Of a stretch of 64,000 nucleotides of DNA, positions 29,132 through 41,364 are shown in pieces; within the stretch, counting starts at the first letter, position 1, and every line of letters begins with the position of its first letter. The stretch is from the NCBI GenBank assembly GCA_951406725.2, contig OX597824.1, positions 43,028,001-43,092,000 of the forward strand, read 5' to 3'. This DNA is from Octopus vulgaris. Lineage: Eukaryota. The position numbers and the translations under genes are program-made. Under the pieces are notes generated by a model. It saw only the letters and a list, made by a program, of their open reading frames with translations, was not told where the DNA came from and did no database searches.

Positions 29132-30385
29132 TAGTTAGAATCTAACACGTGGGGAAGTAAAATAAAATAATAAAGTAATAAAAAATAGTAAAAAATATCC
29201 ATAGGTTAAGAGATTACATCCTGAGGTAAAAAAAAAATGTCACCTACAGAAGTAATCTTCATAGGTTATGAGAATTACATTGTATTTCAATTTACTGGGG
29301 GGTATAACAAGGGTAAGACGTAGTGGAGTGGGGTTAATTGGATGGTCCATATCACAGGGGTCAAAAGTTAGAAGCTAACGGCTATGTAATAGGATATCAC
29401 AGAGTTAACAAGGTTAACTTAATGTGAACTTATTTGGGAAAATCAATGCATAAATATATCAATTAAGAAATAATTTGGGTAAAAATTAAGTGTGCTGTTA
29501 TTACTTATTAACAAAAATCTCATCCTAATACCCCTATGGGGAGTAGGGTGAGGCCAAAGTTAATCCTACAATTTAATTGGTCCGCTTACATTTGAAAACA
29601 ATGGCGTTGTTCAGGTCCGTTAAATCTATCAATAAAATACGAAACAAATAAATGGAAATAAAAGAAAATACTCAAGGAATGAATTGTCTAAGGGGCCTTA
29701 CATACTAAAGGGGAAGTAAATAATACTTGTGGCTAGGGATATGTTATCATATTATGAATACATCTGAGATACATATCGATTTACAAATAATTGTCTGAAC
29801 GAGAAAAGAAAAGATGAAAAATGAATGGAAATATGTACATACACGGGCTCATATAATATTATAATATTATATTATAATATTAAATGCATTACTCGGTTAC
29901 TTCCCTTAGCTATAATCCATGAATGTACAATATTTATAAACACAGTTACACTTTATTAATAAGATACTTAAATACATGGTTAATTACTAAATATTGTTTA
30001 TCTCTATACTTTTTAATGATTACCCAGAGTATATTATGTTACATAATTTTTTATAAACATATTTACCCCTATATTACTTCTCTTTCTATTCCCCCTTTAT
30101 AAAGTCTATACAAAATTTTCTTATAAAACAATTCTCAGTTGAAATGCTCCGTACACTTAACTCATAAAAATATAACAATGTAATGGTATATCTTTTTTCT
30201 ATCTCCGGTGAGATTCAAATTTATAATGATTTAATTTTAATTAAATTTTAAAAGTCTTAATCGAAACAGCTGTCAGGGATTACGTCTAGTTTTGTAATTG
30301 ATAAATATAATTATTAATCGATTTATCTTTATTTTCTTATTTATATATATATATATATACATACATACATACATACATACATACA

Positions 30386-30418
<33 letters not shown>

Positions 30419-30796
30419 GTATAATTATGTGCATGTGATAAGTCTCACAAGAATACAAGAGCGAATATCTGAAATTATCTTAACAGAAGTATAATTCGCA
30501 AAAGAAGCTCAAAGAATAACCATTGGTAAAAATAAAATATTCAGGTATGCGACTTTAGTTCTTAATGATAAGGAAAGGAAATTTCAGTTCGCCACCTTAA
30601 AGGAAATATCGCTCGTACTATCACATAGTTTTACAATTCTCTCCCACGTCAAAATTCTATTTCTATACCCTCCCCACATGATCACATCAATTAAATGGCA
30701 AATTTCCTAATATCCTGTTAATATTCATCATTTTGCCGAAACCAGTGTTTTTTAGGGTTCAAACTTGCTCGATGAGATTCTAAATACCTCATAGAT

Positions 30797-30843
<47 letters not shown>

Positions 30844-31449
30844 CACTTCTTTGATTAGTATGACATATCCGGACCCGTGAAACGGACGAGCTCTCTGTCT
30901 GAACTATCACTTTGATAATTTAGTAAACACTTTACATAATTGTGAATTGAGTCCTGATTTGAACCATGGTTTAACAGAGGGAAAATAAGCGTAATTCATC
31001 CATCCATCCATCCATCCATCCATCTATACATACATACATACATACATACATACATACATACATACATACATACATACATACGCACGTACGTACGCGGGTA
31101 TATATCTATATATAGTAGCTGCTTTCTCGTATACGAGCAAAGTCCATTGCTAGAAAGAATCATTGAAATGACTCTTGAGCCCGGCCAATGATTTGCATAT
31201 TCTGTTGCATAATGCACCGCTGTGCTGGCTAGCAGAAGCAACAAGTGCTACAGTATGAAGTCCGTTGATATGCCTTTTCAATCCAATTCTGTGGAAGAGC
31301 GTAGGCTCGAAACGTTAAAGAATTTTTCATTTCCCGAGCGTTAAACTAATACATCCGTTTATTGTCTACACCAACTGTCTTCGTTTTGTATTTTGATTTG
31401 TTTTATTTTTTTGTGAATTCTCCCTATATATTTACGAGGTATTCAGTCG

Positions 31450-31609
31450 TAGGAGTGGCTGTGTGGTAAGTAGCTTCCTTGCCGACCGCATGGTTCCGGG
31501 TTCAGTCCCACTGTGTGGCACCGTGGGCAAGTGTCTTCTACTATAGCCGCGGGCCGACCAAATCTTTGTGAGTGGATTTGGTAGACGGAAACTGAAAGAA
31601 GCCCGTCGA

Positions 31610-31650
<41 letters not shown>

Positions 31651-31866
31651 TTTGTGTGTTTGTGTGTTTGTCCCCCCCCCCAACATCGCTTGACAACCAA
31701 TGCTGGTGTGTTTACGTCCCCGTAACTTAGCTGTTCGGCAAAAGAAACCGATAGAATAAGTACTAGGCTTACAAAGAATAAGTTTTGGGGTCGATTTGCT
31801 CGACTAAAGGCGGTGCTCCAGCATGGTCACATTCAAATGACTGAAACAAGTAAAAGAGTAAAGAGT
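31450..31866 (+). mobile_element. Family B SINE, full length
   Basis: GGAGTGGCTGTGTGGTAAG..GGTTCAGTCCC head, internal (TA)(TG)n, and tail TGACTGAAACAAGTAAAAGAGTAAAGAG. Confidence 0.88.
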
Positions 31867-32120
31867 ATATATACATATATATAACTGGTGAAAGAAACGG
31901 AAGATGAATTTAGTACAAATCTTTATTCAGCACAACAATCGTTTCAACCCATTCTGCAGCTGTCCTTTAGGAGTAGGATAGTGTGCATCTCGTTATTGTG
32001 CTGCATCAATCAGTGCAGGCTGTGTCAATTCAGGTGCATGATGTAAAAAAAGATATCCCACTAGATATACTGAGTTTTCTTTGGCATGATATTGTGTATA
32101 TGGCATGTTATAAATATATA

Positions 32121-32505
32121 CAGGAGTGGCTGTGTGATAAGAAGCTTCCTTCCCAACTACATGGTTCTGGGATCAGTCCCACTGCGCGGCACCTTGGGTA
32201 AGAGTCATTTATTATAACCTCGGGCCGACCAAAGCCTTGTGAGTGGATTTGTTTGGAAGAAACTGAAAGAAGCCCATCGTGTGTGTGTGTGAATGTGTGT
32301 GTATGTGCGCGCGTGTGTTTGTCCCTAATCATGTCTTGAGAATCGGTGTTGGTGTGTTTAAGTTGCTTAGCAGTTCAGCAAAAGGAACGATAGGATAAGG
32401 ACTAGGCTTAAAAAAAGTTTGGGGTCGATTTATTAGACTAAGATCCTTCAAGGCGATGCTCAAGCATGACCACAGTAACAATGTCTGAAACAAGTAAAAC
32501 ATAAG
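32121..32505 (+). mobile_element. Family B SINE followed by (GATA)n
   Basis: Same head, core and tail as 31450-31866. Confidence 0.82.
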
Positions 32506-32532
32506 ATAGACAGATAGATAGAAAGATAGATT

Positions 32533-32657
<125 letters not shown>

Positions 32658-33102
32658 ATAGATACATGTATAAACCTCTTAGCTCAGTTGCGTCCACAGG
32701 ACAGGACATAGGGGAATGAACTCTATATCGTGAGCAGGAGCTTTTTAACGAATTGTTTTAGGCGCTTCATGTTCTCAGGAGAGCATATTTACAACAAACT
32801 TAGTTTTCAAGAATCTCCTTCAGGACTAAATACATAAATACATATTAAGTGCATTCACATTAACAAAATTGAATAATTGTGATCATTTTGCGCTTAGAAT
32901 TAACCTATTTAGTTTCCAGTCCGATATTTTCAAGATAAACTAAGACCGCAGCTTGAAGGAACACGTGCTATCTGTTCCAGTTTCTGTGTACTGGTCATTT
33001 GCAATATAGAGTTGTTGTAATCACTTATTCAGTCACGTGAAATAATGGTTTTGCTACACACATGGTTTTGCTACACACACACACACATATGTGTGTAGCA
33101 AA

Positions 33103-33151
<49 letters not shown>

Positions 33152-33171
33152 CGCGTGTGTGCGTGTGTGTA

Positions 33172-34572
33172 TCAGGTTATTAAGAATGAAATATCCGATT
33201 TTGAACTGGAAGTTTATCTTACTTTATCTCAGCAAAAACCGACGTCGTTAATCAAAGTATGCTCCTAAATTACCAACACCACTTTGCCATTTTATCGGTA
33301 GCTTATTTATGTCGGTAGCGAAGAATTCTGGAGAGGAAGAGGTGATGAAATCACGAAAGGCTGTTTTTGCATCTTCTTCACATTTGAAGTTTTTTTCCTT
33401 GCGCAAAGCTATCTAGTGCCTGGAAAACGTGATAGTCAGTGCCAAGTCTGGTGGATATGGTGGATGACAGAGTACTTCCAAGCTCAGTTCCTGTAACTTG
33501 AGTAGTGTTCTTTGTGCAACATGTGTTCGTGCATTGTCTTGCAAGATAATTGACCTGTCTCTATTGACCAATCTCGGTTGTTTAATTGCAAGTTCACTCA
33601 TATTTCATCCAATTGGTTGATGTATAATCTGTAATTGACTTACCAAGGTCTCATTAAGCTGTAGTGGATTATACTATCGCTGGACCACCAAATGGACACC
33701 ATTAGCTTTTTTTTTTTTTTTTGGTGAATATTCTCTTTTGGATTGTGTTTTGACACTTCGTCTCTATCCAAACACCGTTCAGAAAGCTTGCTATTATTGA
33801 AAAGAATCCATTTTTCATCACACATAACAATACGATGCAAAAATGGTTCGCTTTTATGCCGTGACAGCAAAGAACAGCAAATTTCAAGACGTCGTGTCAT
33901 TTGATGCTCGTTCAGTTTCTGTGGTACCCACTTGTCCAGCTTCTTTACTTTGCTGATTTGTTTCAGATGGTCCAGTACAGTTGGAATCGAAATATCAAAC
34001 CTTGCAGCTAACTTGAGTAGTTTGAGATGTACCCGCTCCAGTACAGTTTCCAGTTCATCATTATCCACCTTGGTCTCAGGTCTACCACGGGGATAATTTT
34101 CAAGAGTAAAGTCACTAGACCGGAACTTCACAAACTATCGACGGACGTACAATGCGCCCATTCTCCAAATCTTCACCAAACACCTCGTTGATGTTTTGAG
34201 CTGATTGGGATGCATTGGTTCCACGACAGAACTCATATTCATAAACAACACAAATTTTTTATCTCTTCATGGGTTCACAAATATTGATTTACAAGAGAAA
34301 ACTCACAATATATATTTCTTTACTACCCTCAAGGGGATAAACAGAGAGGGGACAAACAAGAACAGGCAAACGGTTTAAGTCGATTACATCGACCCCAGTG
34401 CGTAACTGGTACTTAATTTATAAGAAAACTCACAATATAATCAGACACCATGAATTGCATTTCAAAAAGTGATAATGTAACTCTTCAATGTCGTAAAACG
34501 AAGAATTGTCAGGATATTTGAGTTAACGACAGGTCCATAAGAAAATCTGACATTTCATTCTTAATTACCTGA
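33172..34572 (-). mobile_element. Full-length decayed mariner transposon
   Basis: 31-bp imperfect TIRs TCAGGT(T/A)ATTAAGAATGAAAT(A/G)TC(C/A)GATTTT with TA on each side. Transposase motifs WVPQKL, CDEKW, LQDNARTH and HPPYPPDLA, frameshifted. A SINE fragment is inserted near the 5' end. Confidence 0.93.
34313..34422 (-). mobile_element. 5'-truncated family A SINE (tail type 1) inside the mariner
   Basis: 17-bp TSD AGAAAACTCACAATATA at 34296-34312 and 34423-34439. Confidence 0.85.
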
Positions 34573-34593
34573 TATATATATAAATATATATAA

Positions 34594-34624
<31 letters not shown>

Positions 34625-34659
34625 CATGTGTGTATGTATGTACACACACACACACATGC

Positions 34660-34722
<63 letters not shown>

Positions 34723-34725
<3 letters not shown>

Positions 34726-35320
34726 TCATCCTCAAAATTATTCAAACCCTAGGTTTACTAAGTCCAATATCTTCTTTCAATAGTCAATAGCATAACCTTC
34801 GTTTTTTATGACTGCTTCAAGACGATTCTTGTACGTGTCCACAAGCTTCCTGCATGTCTCCTGTGGGTTGTTGGTCAACTCTTCCTTGGCGAAAGCCTTA
34901 AGCTGGGTTACGTTGGTCGGTTTGTTAGCCATCGTTCTGGTTTTCATATCTCACTACAAGTCCTCGATCGGATTCTGGTCAGGACTCTGACTTGGCCATT
35001 CTAGGAAGTTGATATCATTGTCCTTGAACCATTTCTTCACTACCTTGACGGTATGTTTTGGATAATTTTCCTGCTGATACTTCCAGCTGTGGCCGAGTTG
35101 GAATTTCACAGTGGAATCCTTGACGTTCTCAAGGATCCTGACATAATCCTCCTTTCTCGTGATTCCTTGGACTTTGACAAGGTTCCTTGTGCCACTGGAA
35201 GAGAAGCATCCCCATCACATGTTTCCACTTGACGGTGGACACAGTCTTCTTCGGCTTGATAAAATGCATTCATTTCATCACAAAAATTAACAAGGGTATG
35301 AATAATTTTGAGGACGGCTG
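34723..35320 (-). mobile_element. Internally deleted Tc1-like transposon
   Basis: TIRs CAGTCATCCTCAAAATTATTCAAACCCT / AGGGTATGAATAATTTTGAGGACGGCTG with TA flanks. Minus translation gives WGCFSSSG, YQQENYPKHT and LEWPSQSPDQNPIE. Confidence 0.9.
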
Positions 35321-35399
35321 TATATGCAAATATGCATGAATGGATGTGTGTGAATCATATTTTAATCACCATGTGAAAGGTCTCCTGAGAAAAGAGAGC

Positions 35400-36420
35400 A
35401 TATTCGGTTAAACGCGTCCTCTTTTCCAATGTGGATGAACTCTAATATTTTCTTGTTCAGTCTCAGATTCTTTTTCTTCGCCTATGAAATTACGATGTGT
35501 AAGTGAGACTGAAATTTTAACCAGCTCCATTGATAGTTTTCTGAAGGCGAGTCGTCTCTAAGCACTTTTATTTTTCTGTATTTTTATGACATTTGCGATG
35601 TCATTTATTTAAGTTATTAAAAGAAGTGGGCCCAACACAGTACCTTGGGGAGCAATGCTAATGATTTTTCCTGCGTTTCCGTTGCCTACTTGGGAATGCA
35701 ATCCAGTGCAGTTATTTTCCACGAATTCCAATGTTAGATCATTGACGCTAACAGCTTAATAGAGTAATCATTGGAATTTTTAGAAAGTTTTCTGCATTAA
35801 TAGAAGCTGGTAAGATAACTATATTGAGATTGTTATTGTACAATGTAAGAAGTAATTATTGATGTTTGATATACAAACGATGAATGTTGATAATTCAATA
35901 TTCAATCATGAGATTGGAGTTTTATGAAACTTTGATGAATTAACAGTTTCTGAGACTAACGTTCTGCTCTAAAGAAATTGATAATTGTTGAAAGTACCTC
36001 TTCCCAAAATAATATTAATGCTAGACATAAACAGTAATCTCTGCTACATCGAAAGATCTACTGTTTTTCAATAAATTGTTGCTCTCCAGGAAGTATGTTA
36101 TTCTAAATCTCACCACCTCTCAAATACTACAAGACATAAAACTATGGAACGAGAGAAACGTCTTTAGTTTACCGCGATTTTTTCCTACCCTGCTTGAAAA
36201 TGGTTTTGACCGATTGAAATAGAAAATGTCCTGGTGTATAAGCTAATTTCTTTAGAGATCTCCTAGCGAAAATGTAAATTAGTGTTCGCATTCCTCCAGA
36301 ACACTTACGGGTAATTCCCCATTGCTGCTTCCTTGGGGTTTGAAATCATTTGGCTTCAAAGTATTTGCGAACCACAATCCTCATAAGAGAAGTTGAAGTC
36401 TTCCATCATTATATATGATT
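35400..36420 (-). mobile_element. Degraded CR1/L2-group LINE RT fragment
   Basis: Minus translation includes APQGTVLGPLL..INDI and a VFERVV-like segment, with many stops. Boundaries are approximate. Confidence 0.65.
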
Positions 36421-37263
36421 CTATAATAGCACGTTTTTTTTTATGAATGTCATGAGTACGTTGAGGCACACATGGACGCACGGAAGGGATGCTCGTGGTG
36501 GCCTGAAGATCCTAGGTAGATCATTAATTAGATTGTGTACAGGAACAGATTGTCAAAAACCATTGAAAAAAGTCTTGTTTAGATTTGCAAAAAGGAAATC
36601 CTGAAGAATAATGGAGGCTTCTCGTTTTCTTTGACATGCACAATTTGCATGAATGGGAGTGTGGATTTTAGCTTTTAGCTTTTATTTCAGGTTTCGAGTG
36701 GAGTTTGTTGAGATGGATCTCATTTAGGATCAAAATAAAAAAAATAAACAAAGAAGCTAAGCGCGGGTCTATTCGGCGATCGAACCCTCTATGTATGGAA
36801 TATTCCGTTCTTCAGCACATTTATGTGTTGATGTTATGCATTTAGTAATAATGACGAAACTAAGGGAACTGTGCTGAAATAAGAGCTTTGTATTACACTT
36901 TATATCAAAACGTATGCGCACGTCCAGTGTATGTTATTGTGTACTAATATGCATGTGTGTTAAGTGTGGTAGTGTGAATCGAGTTAGTAGAGTGAATCTG
37001 TATGCTTCCATAGTTTGTACGTTGCGGTATGTCTGGCCTTTAGCACCGCGAATTGACTCAACCAATGTCGACCTAAGCCAACCTAAGATATACCGAGAGA
37101 AACCATAGAATGCAAGTGTTGCACTTGAGCAGAAACAAGAAGAGTGTAATATCGTCCCAGAGTCTATCTGGCTGTCTCTCTTTCTTATCCTATATGACAG
37201 TCTTCCTCACTTTATTTTTTCCTTTTCATGTATTTATCCCTAACGGTCCTTTACTTACTCTCC

Positions 37264-37372
<109 letters not shown>

Positions 37373-37380
37373 CTTATCTG

Positions 37381-37437
<57 letters not shown>

Positions 37438-38274
37438 TTCTATCTCTCTCTCTCTCTCTCTTTGTATATATATATATATATAAACATACATACGTAGTTA
37501 TATATATATACATACATATATACATACAAGCGCACGCACAAACATACACACACATACACACGCGCAGACACACACACACACACAGAGTCACAAACACATA
37601 CATATATGTACCTATATCTGTGTAAAGTGTCATCTGTGACTATTTGGCATTTCCGTTAGAGAAAGTTGTAAATAATTAATTGTGTTTGTTTTCATTACTA
37701 TCTTAGAAATTACGGTGTGGTATATAACCGTACATACATACATACGTATATACATACATACACACACGCACTCGTACATACAAACATACATACGGATACG
37801 CACACACACACACATACATCTATATATGTATATCATTATCGAGCTATGTGTGTGTATCAATATATATCGATAAATACACACACACACTCAAGTATATAAA
37901 TCGATAAATATATATACATAATACATACGTTGTGTAGGAAAAAATGAGAAGGAGAGAAAGAGAGGCAGAGTATCAGAACGATAGAGGGCGTGTGCGAGAG
38001 TGCAAGAGGAAAAGAGAGGCGAGGAGACGGAGATAAAAATGGAGGATATGAAGCCGTTTTGACGGTCTCCATCACATGATCGCATTTGTTGTTTTGTCTT
38101 TGTTTTTCTTGGCCTTTTGGTTTTCGTTTCTATATGCACGTGGACGGATTCTGGATCAAAGCCATGTCTCTTGGTATCGATCAATAAAAAATTTCGGTTT
38201 ATATATTTTCTTTATGTTTTTTTTGTTGCTGTTGCTGTTTTTAAGGTCGTTATTGCTGCTGTTTGTGGTAGTGG

Positions 38275-38312
38275 CGATGATGATGATGTTGATGATGATG
38301 ATGATAATGATG

Positions 38313-38343
<31 letters not shown>

Positions 38344-38810
38344 AAGAGGATGATGAAAGACGATGACGAAAGATGATGATGATGATGATGGCACTGCTGT
38401 TGCTGCTGCTAATGGCGATGATGATGATCATGATGACAGTGGTGGTGACGGTGGTGTTAAAGGCGGTGGAGCGGGTGACGAGTTTTTTATGATGAGGATG
38501 ATGATTATGATGATGTTAGTTGTGTTGGTGATGAAGGGAATGGAGATAATGATAACGCTGATAATAATGACGGTGGTGACAGGGGTGGTGGTGACGGTGG
38601 CAGTGGTAGTGGTGGTGGTGGTGGTGGTGGTGGTGGTGGTGGTGGAGATTGTGGTAGTGGCGGCGGTGGTGGTGTCGGCGACAGCGGTGGCGGTGGTGGT
38701 GGTAGTAGTGGTAGTGGCAGTAGTGGTGGTGGTGGTAGTAGTGGTAGTGGCAGTAGTGGTGATGGTGGTGGTAGTAGCAGTAGTAGTAGTAGTAGTAGTG
38801 ATGGTGATGG
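38275..38810. repeat. Compound trinucleotide tract (GAT)n/(GGT)n/(GTA)n
   Basis: Seen directly. It produces the poly-D/M/V/H ORFs in the track. Confidence 0.9.
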
Positions 38811-39431
38811 GTTATGCTCATAGAACAGGTGGTAGTGATGTTTCTAGTAGATGAGCTGGTTATTTTAACGATTCCCGTTTCCCCTCCAATACCTCTCTCT
38901 CTCCCTCTCACTCACTCCTCTCTCTCTCTCTCTCAACCATCCGCAGAAGAATACACACACACACACACATACAGAGGCTCGTACATATGCACACACTCAT
39001 CCGCGCACGTATGTAACTATACTCGTATACCCATTCACTCACCATCTCTATTCCAATGAACTCCGTCTGTACAGAATTATGTCATGAAATGCATACTGAA
39101 ACGATCGAAGGGAAACATTCGATCGGTGTTGTTAGACGTGATTACTTCGGCTTTATTATGGGGGTGAGGTCATGTTGTCCTACTGAACAGATACTTTAAA
39201 CACGAGACCCTTTTTTTCCTGAAAGGTGGCAGGGAATTAATTATTTTCTGGAGATATGGTTGCCATTTTAAACAGCAGTTCTAGTAAATATACAGAAGCT
39301 GTCTAGTATTGCATCGGGTGCACTTGGCAACATAGCAACATAATAAAATTCATATTCTTTCATATCAAAAAGTAACACACACACACACACGCACGCACAC
39401 ACACACACGCACACAGATAGATATAAATATA

Positions 39432-39622
39432 TATGTTTCTTTATTACCCACAAGGGGCTAAACACAGAGGGGAAAAACAAGGACAGACAAAGGGATTAAG
39501 TCGATTACATTGACCTCAGTGCTTAACTGGTACTTAATTTATCGACCCCGAAAGGATGAAAGACAAAGTCGACCTCGGCGGAACGTAGTGGCAGACGAAA
39601 TACGGCTACGCATTTCGCCCGG
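39432..39622 (-). mobile_element. Family A SINE, tail type 1
   Basis: Close match to 5150-5375 with an internal deletion. Confidence 0.82.
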
Positions 39623-39833
39623 CTTATGGATATAAATATATACTCTCATATACAAACAAATGTATGTATGTTTGCATGCTTGCGCAGGTGTGGGTGTGTG
39701 GTAAGAAGCTTGCTTCCCAACCATATGGTCCGTATTCAGCGTGGCACCTTGGGCGAGTGTCTCCTACTATGGCCTCAGGCCGACCAAAGTCTTGTGAGTG
39801 GATTTGGTAGATGGCTACTGTATGTATATATGC

Positions 39834-39874
<41 letters not shown>

Positions 39875-39878
<4 letters not shown>

Positions 39879-40806
39879 TAGATAAAACTTAGATATGTTT
39901 CGACCAGAGATTGGTCCAGGCCATGTCTAACTTAATAGCACCACCTGATAGGATTATTCGAATCCTGTTTAAGTCAAGTTTTGTTCAAGTATTGAGTTCT
40001 TGTTGGGTGAGTTGTATCCAGTTTTGTTCAAGTAGTGAGTTCTTGTTGGGTGAGTTGTATCCAATTATGGGTGGCTTATCTGGTATTCTTTGAAGGAATC
40101 TATCCAGACTCTGTTTAAAGTTGATGGGATCCGTTTCCTCTTTGATCTCCCTCGGGACAATGTTAAATAGGGCAGGGCCTGTTGAGGAAAAGGAATTATG
40201 TTGCAGTGTACATGTATGTTGTGATCTTGAATTTGGCAGGGGACGTATAGCCCGTGGTCCAAGTCTTGGATGGACCTTGAAGCTAATGTTTAGGTCGTTT
40301 GGGCAAAGTTGGCGGTATATATTCCACATCGTACAAATGATGTACCGCTCACGGCGACGCTGGAGGGAGTAAAGTTTCAAGGTTTTAAGGCGATCCCAAT
40401 AATCGAGAGCAGCCATGCCTTCAATTTGTTTAGTGAGAGCCCTCTGGGGTGACTCAATTCTGGAGATGTTTTGTCTTGTGTGAGGAGACCACAGTGGGCA
40501 GCAGTATTCAAGGTGTGGCCGTACAAAGGAGGAAAAAAGTGGTATGATGACACCTTGTTCTCTGGACCGGAAAGTTCTTAAGATCCAGGAACTCATCCTA
40601 CGAGCTATATCAACCTTCTTGTTGATGTGTGCACTCCAACTGAGATCGTCATCAACAATTACACCCAGGTCTCTCATATTGTTAGAGGCTGTGAGCGGTT
40701 CCCCTGAAGGAAGAGAGTATGGTTGTTTTAGTGAGGAATTTCTTCCAAAATGCATCAGCTCAAATTTTCCCTCATTCAGTTGCATTTTGTTTGTCTGCCC
40801 ATTGAC
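39875..40806 (-). mobile_element. CR1/L2-group LINE 3' fragment
   Basis: ORF 39985-40785 has MQLNEGKFELMHFG, RDLGVIVDDDLSW, FVRPHLEYCCPLWSP and YWDRLKTLKLYSLQRRRERY. The short 3' UTR has a stem-loop and terminal TCTAAGTTT repeats. A 43-bp tandem duplication lies at 39978-40063. Confidence 0.88.
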
Positions 40807-40852
40807 TCACAGCATATAGATCAGACTGGAGTTGAGTTCGGTCTGCTTCTTC

Positions 40853-40919
<67 letters not shown>

Positions 40920-40930
<11 letters not shown>

Positions 40931-41157
40931 GAGGGCATTATTATACATACATGCCACACGCTGCGAGGACAATTAGTCATTTCTACCAAAAATTTTACTT
41001 ATCATATCCAATGCAATTTTTTCAAAGCAAGACATTTTTTAAATGTCTTGCTTTGAAAAATTGCATTGAATATGATAAGTAAAATTTTGGTAGAAATGAC
41101 TAATTGTCCCTCGTAGCGTGTGGCATGTATGTATAATAATGCCCTCTATATATAAAT
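40920..41157. repeat. Near-perfect palindrome, about 238 bp
   Basis: 40920-41037 is the reverse complement of 41041-41157 with a few substitutions and single-base indels. The loop is about 3 nt. Confidence 0.95.
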
Positions 41158-41277
41158 TAATATGTTCAATAAGAAAGAATTATTTTCGAAATTTTTTCTC
41201 TTATGAGGTCTTTCACGCTATCTACCTGATAATTTCTTGTTAAGATTCCTTATTAAGAAGTTGTCCTTAATTGTTAA

Positions 41278-41364
<87 letters not shown>

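Larger units (their letters stand above)
28400..30335. mobile_element. Non-coding, TA-flanked segment carrying hammerhead motifs; probable PLE 3'-end/pLTR remnant(s)
   Basis: Bounded by (TA)n tracts. Hammerhead on the minus strand at 28729-28875 and a degenerate one on the plus strand at 30201-30280. The ORF track shows no ORF of 60 aa or more wholly inside it. Confidence 0.5.

Noticed and set aside
38363-38911. Poly-Val, poly-His and poly-Asp ORFs suggesting a membrane or mucin-like protein
   Set aside because: Translations of a compound trinucleotide tract, with no splice or domain support.
39890-39935. GACC..GGTC-GAAAC-ATAT on the minus strand resembling half a hammerhead
   Set aside because: There is no CTGANGA box and no GUH closing stem III. 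It is better explained as the 3' recognition stem-loop of the CR1-like LINE.
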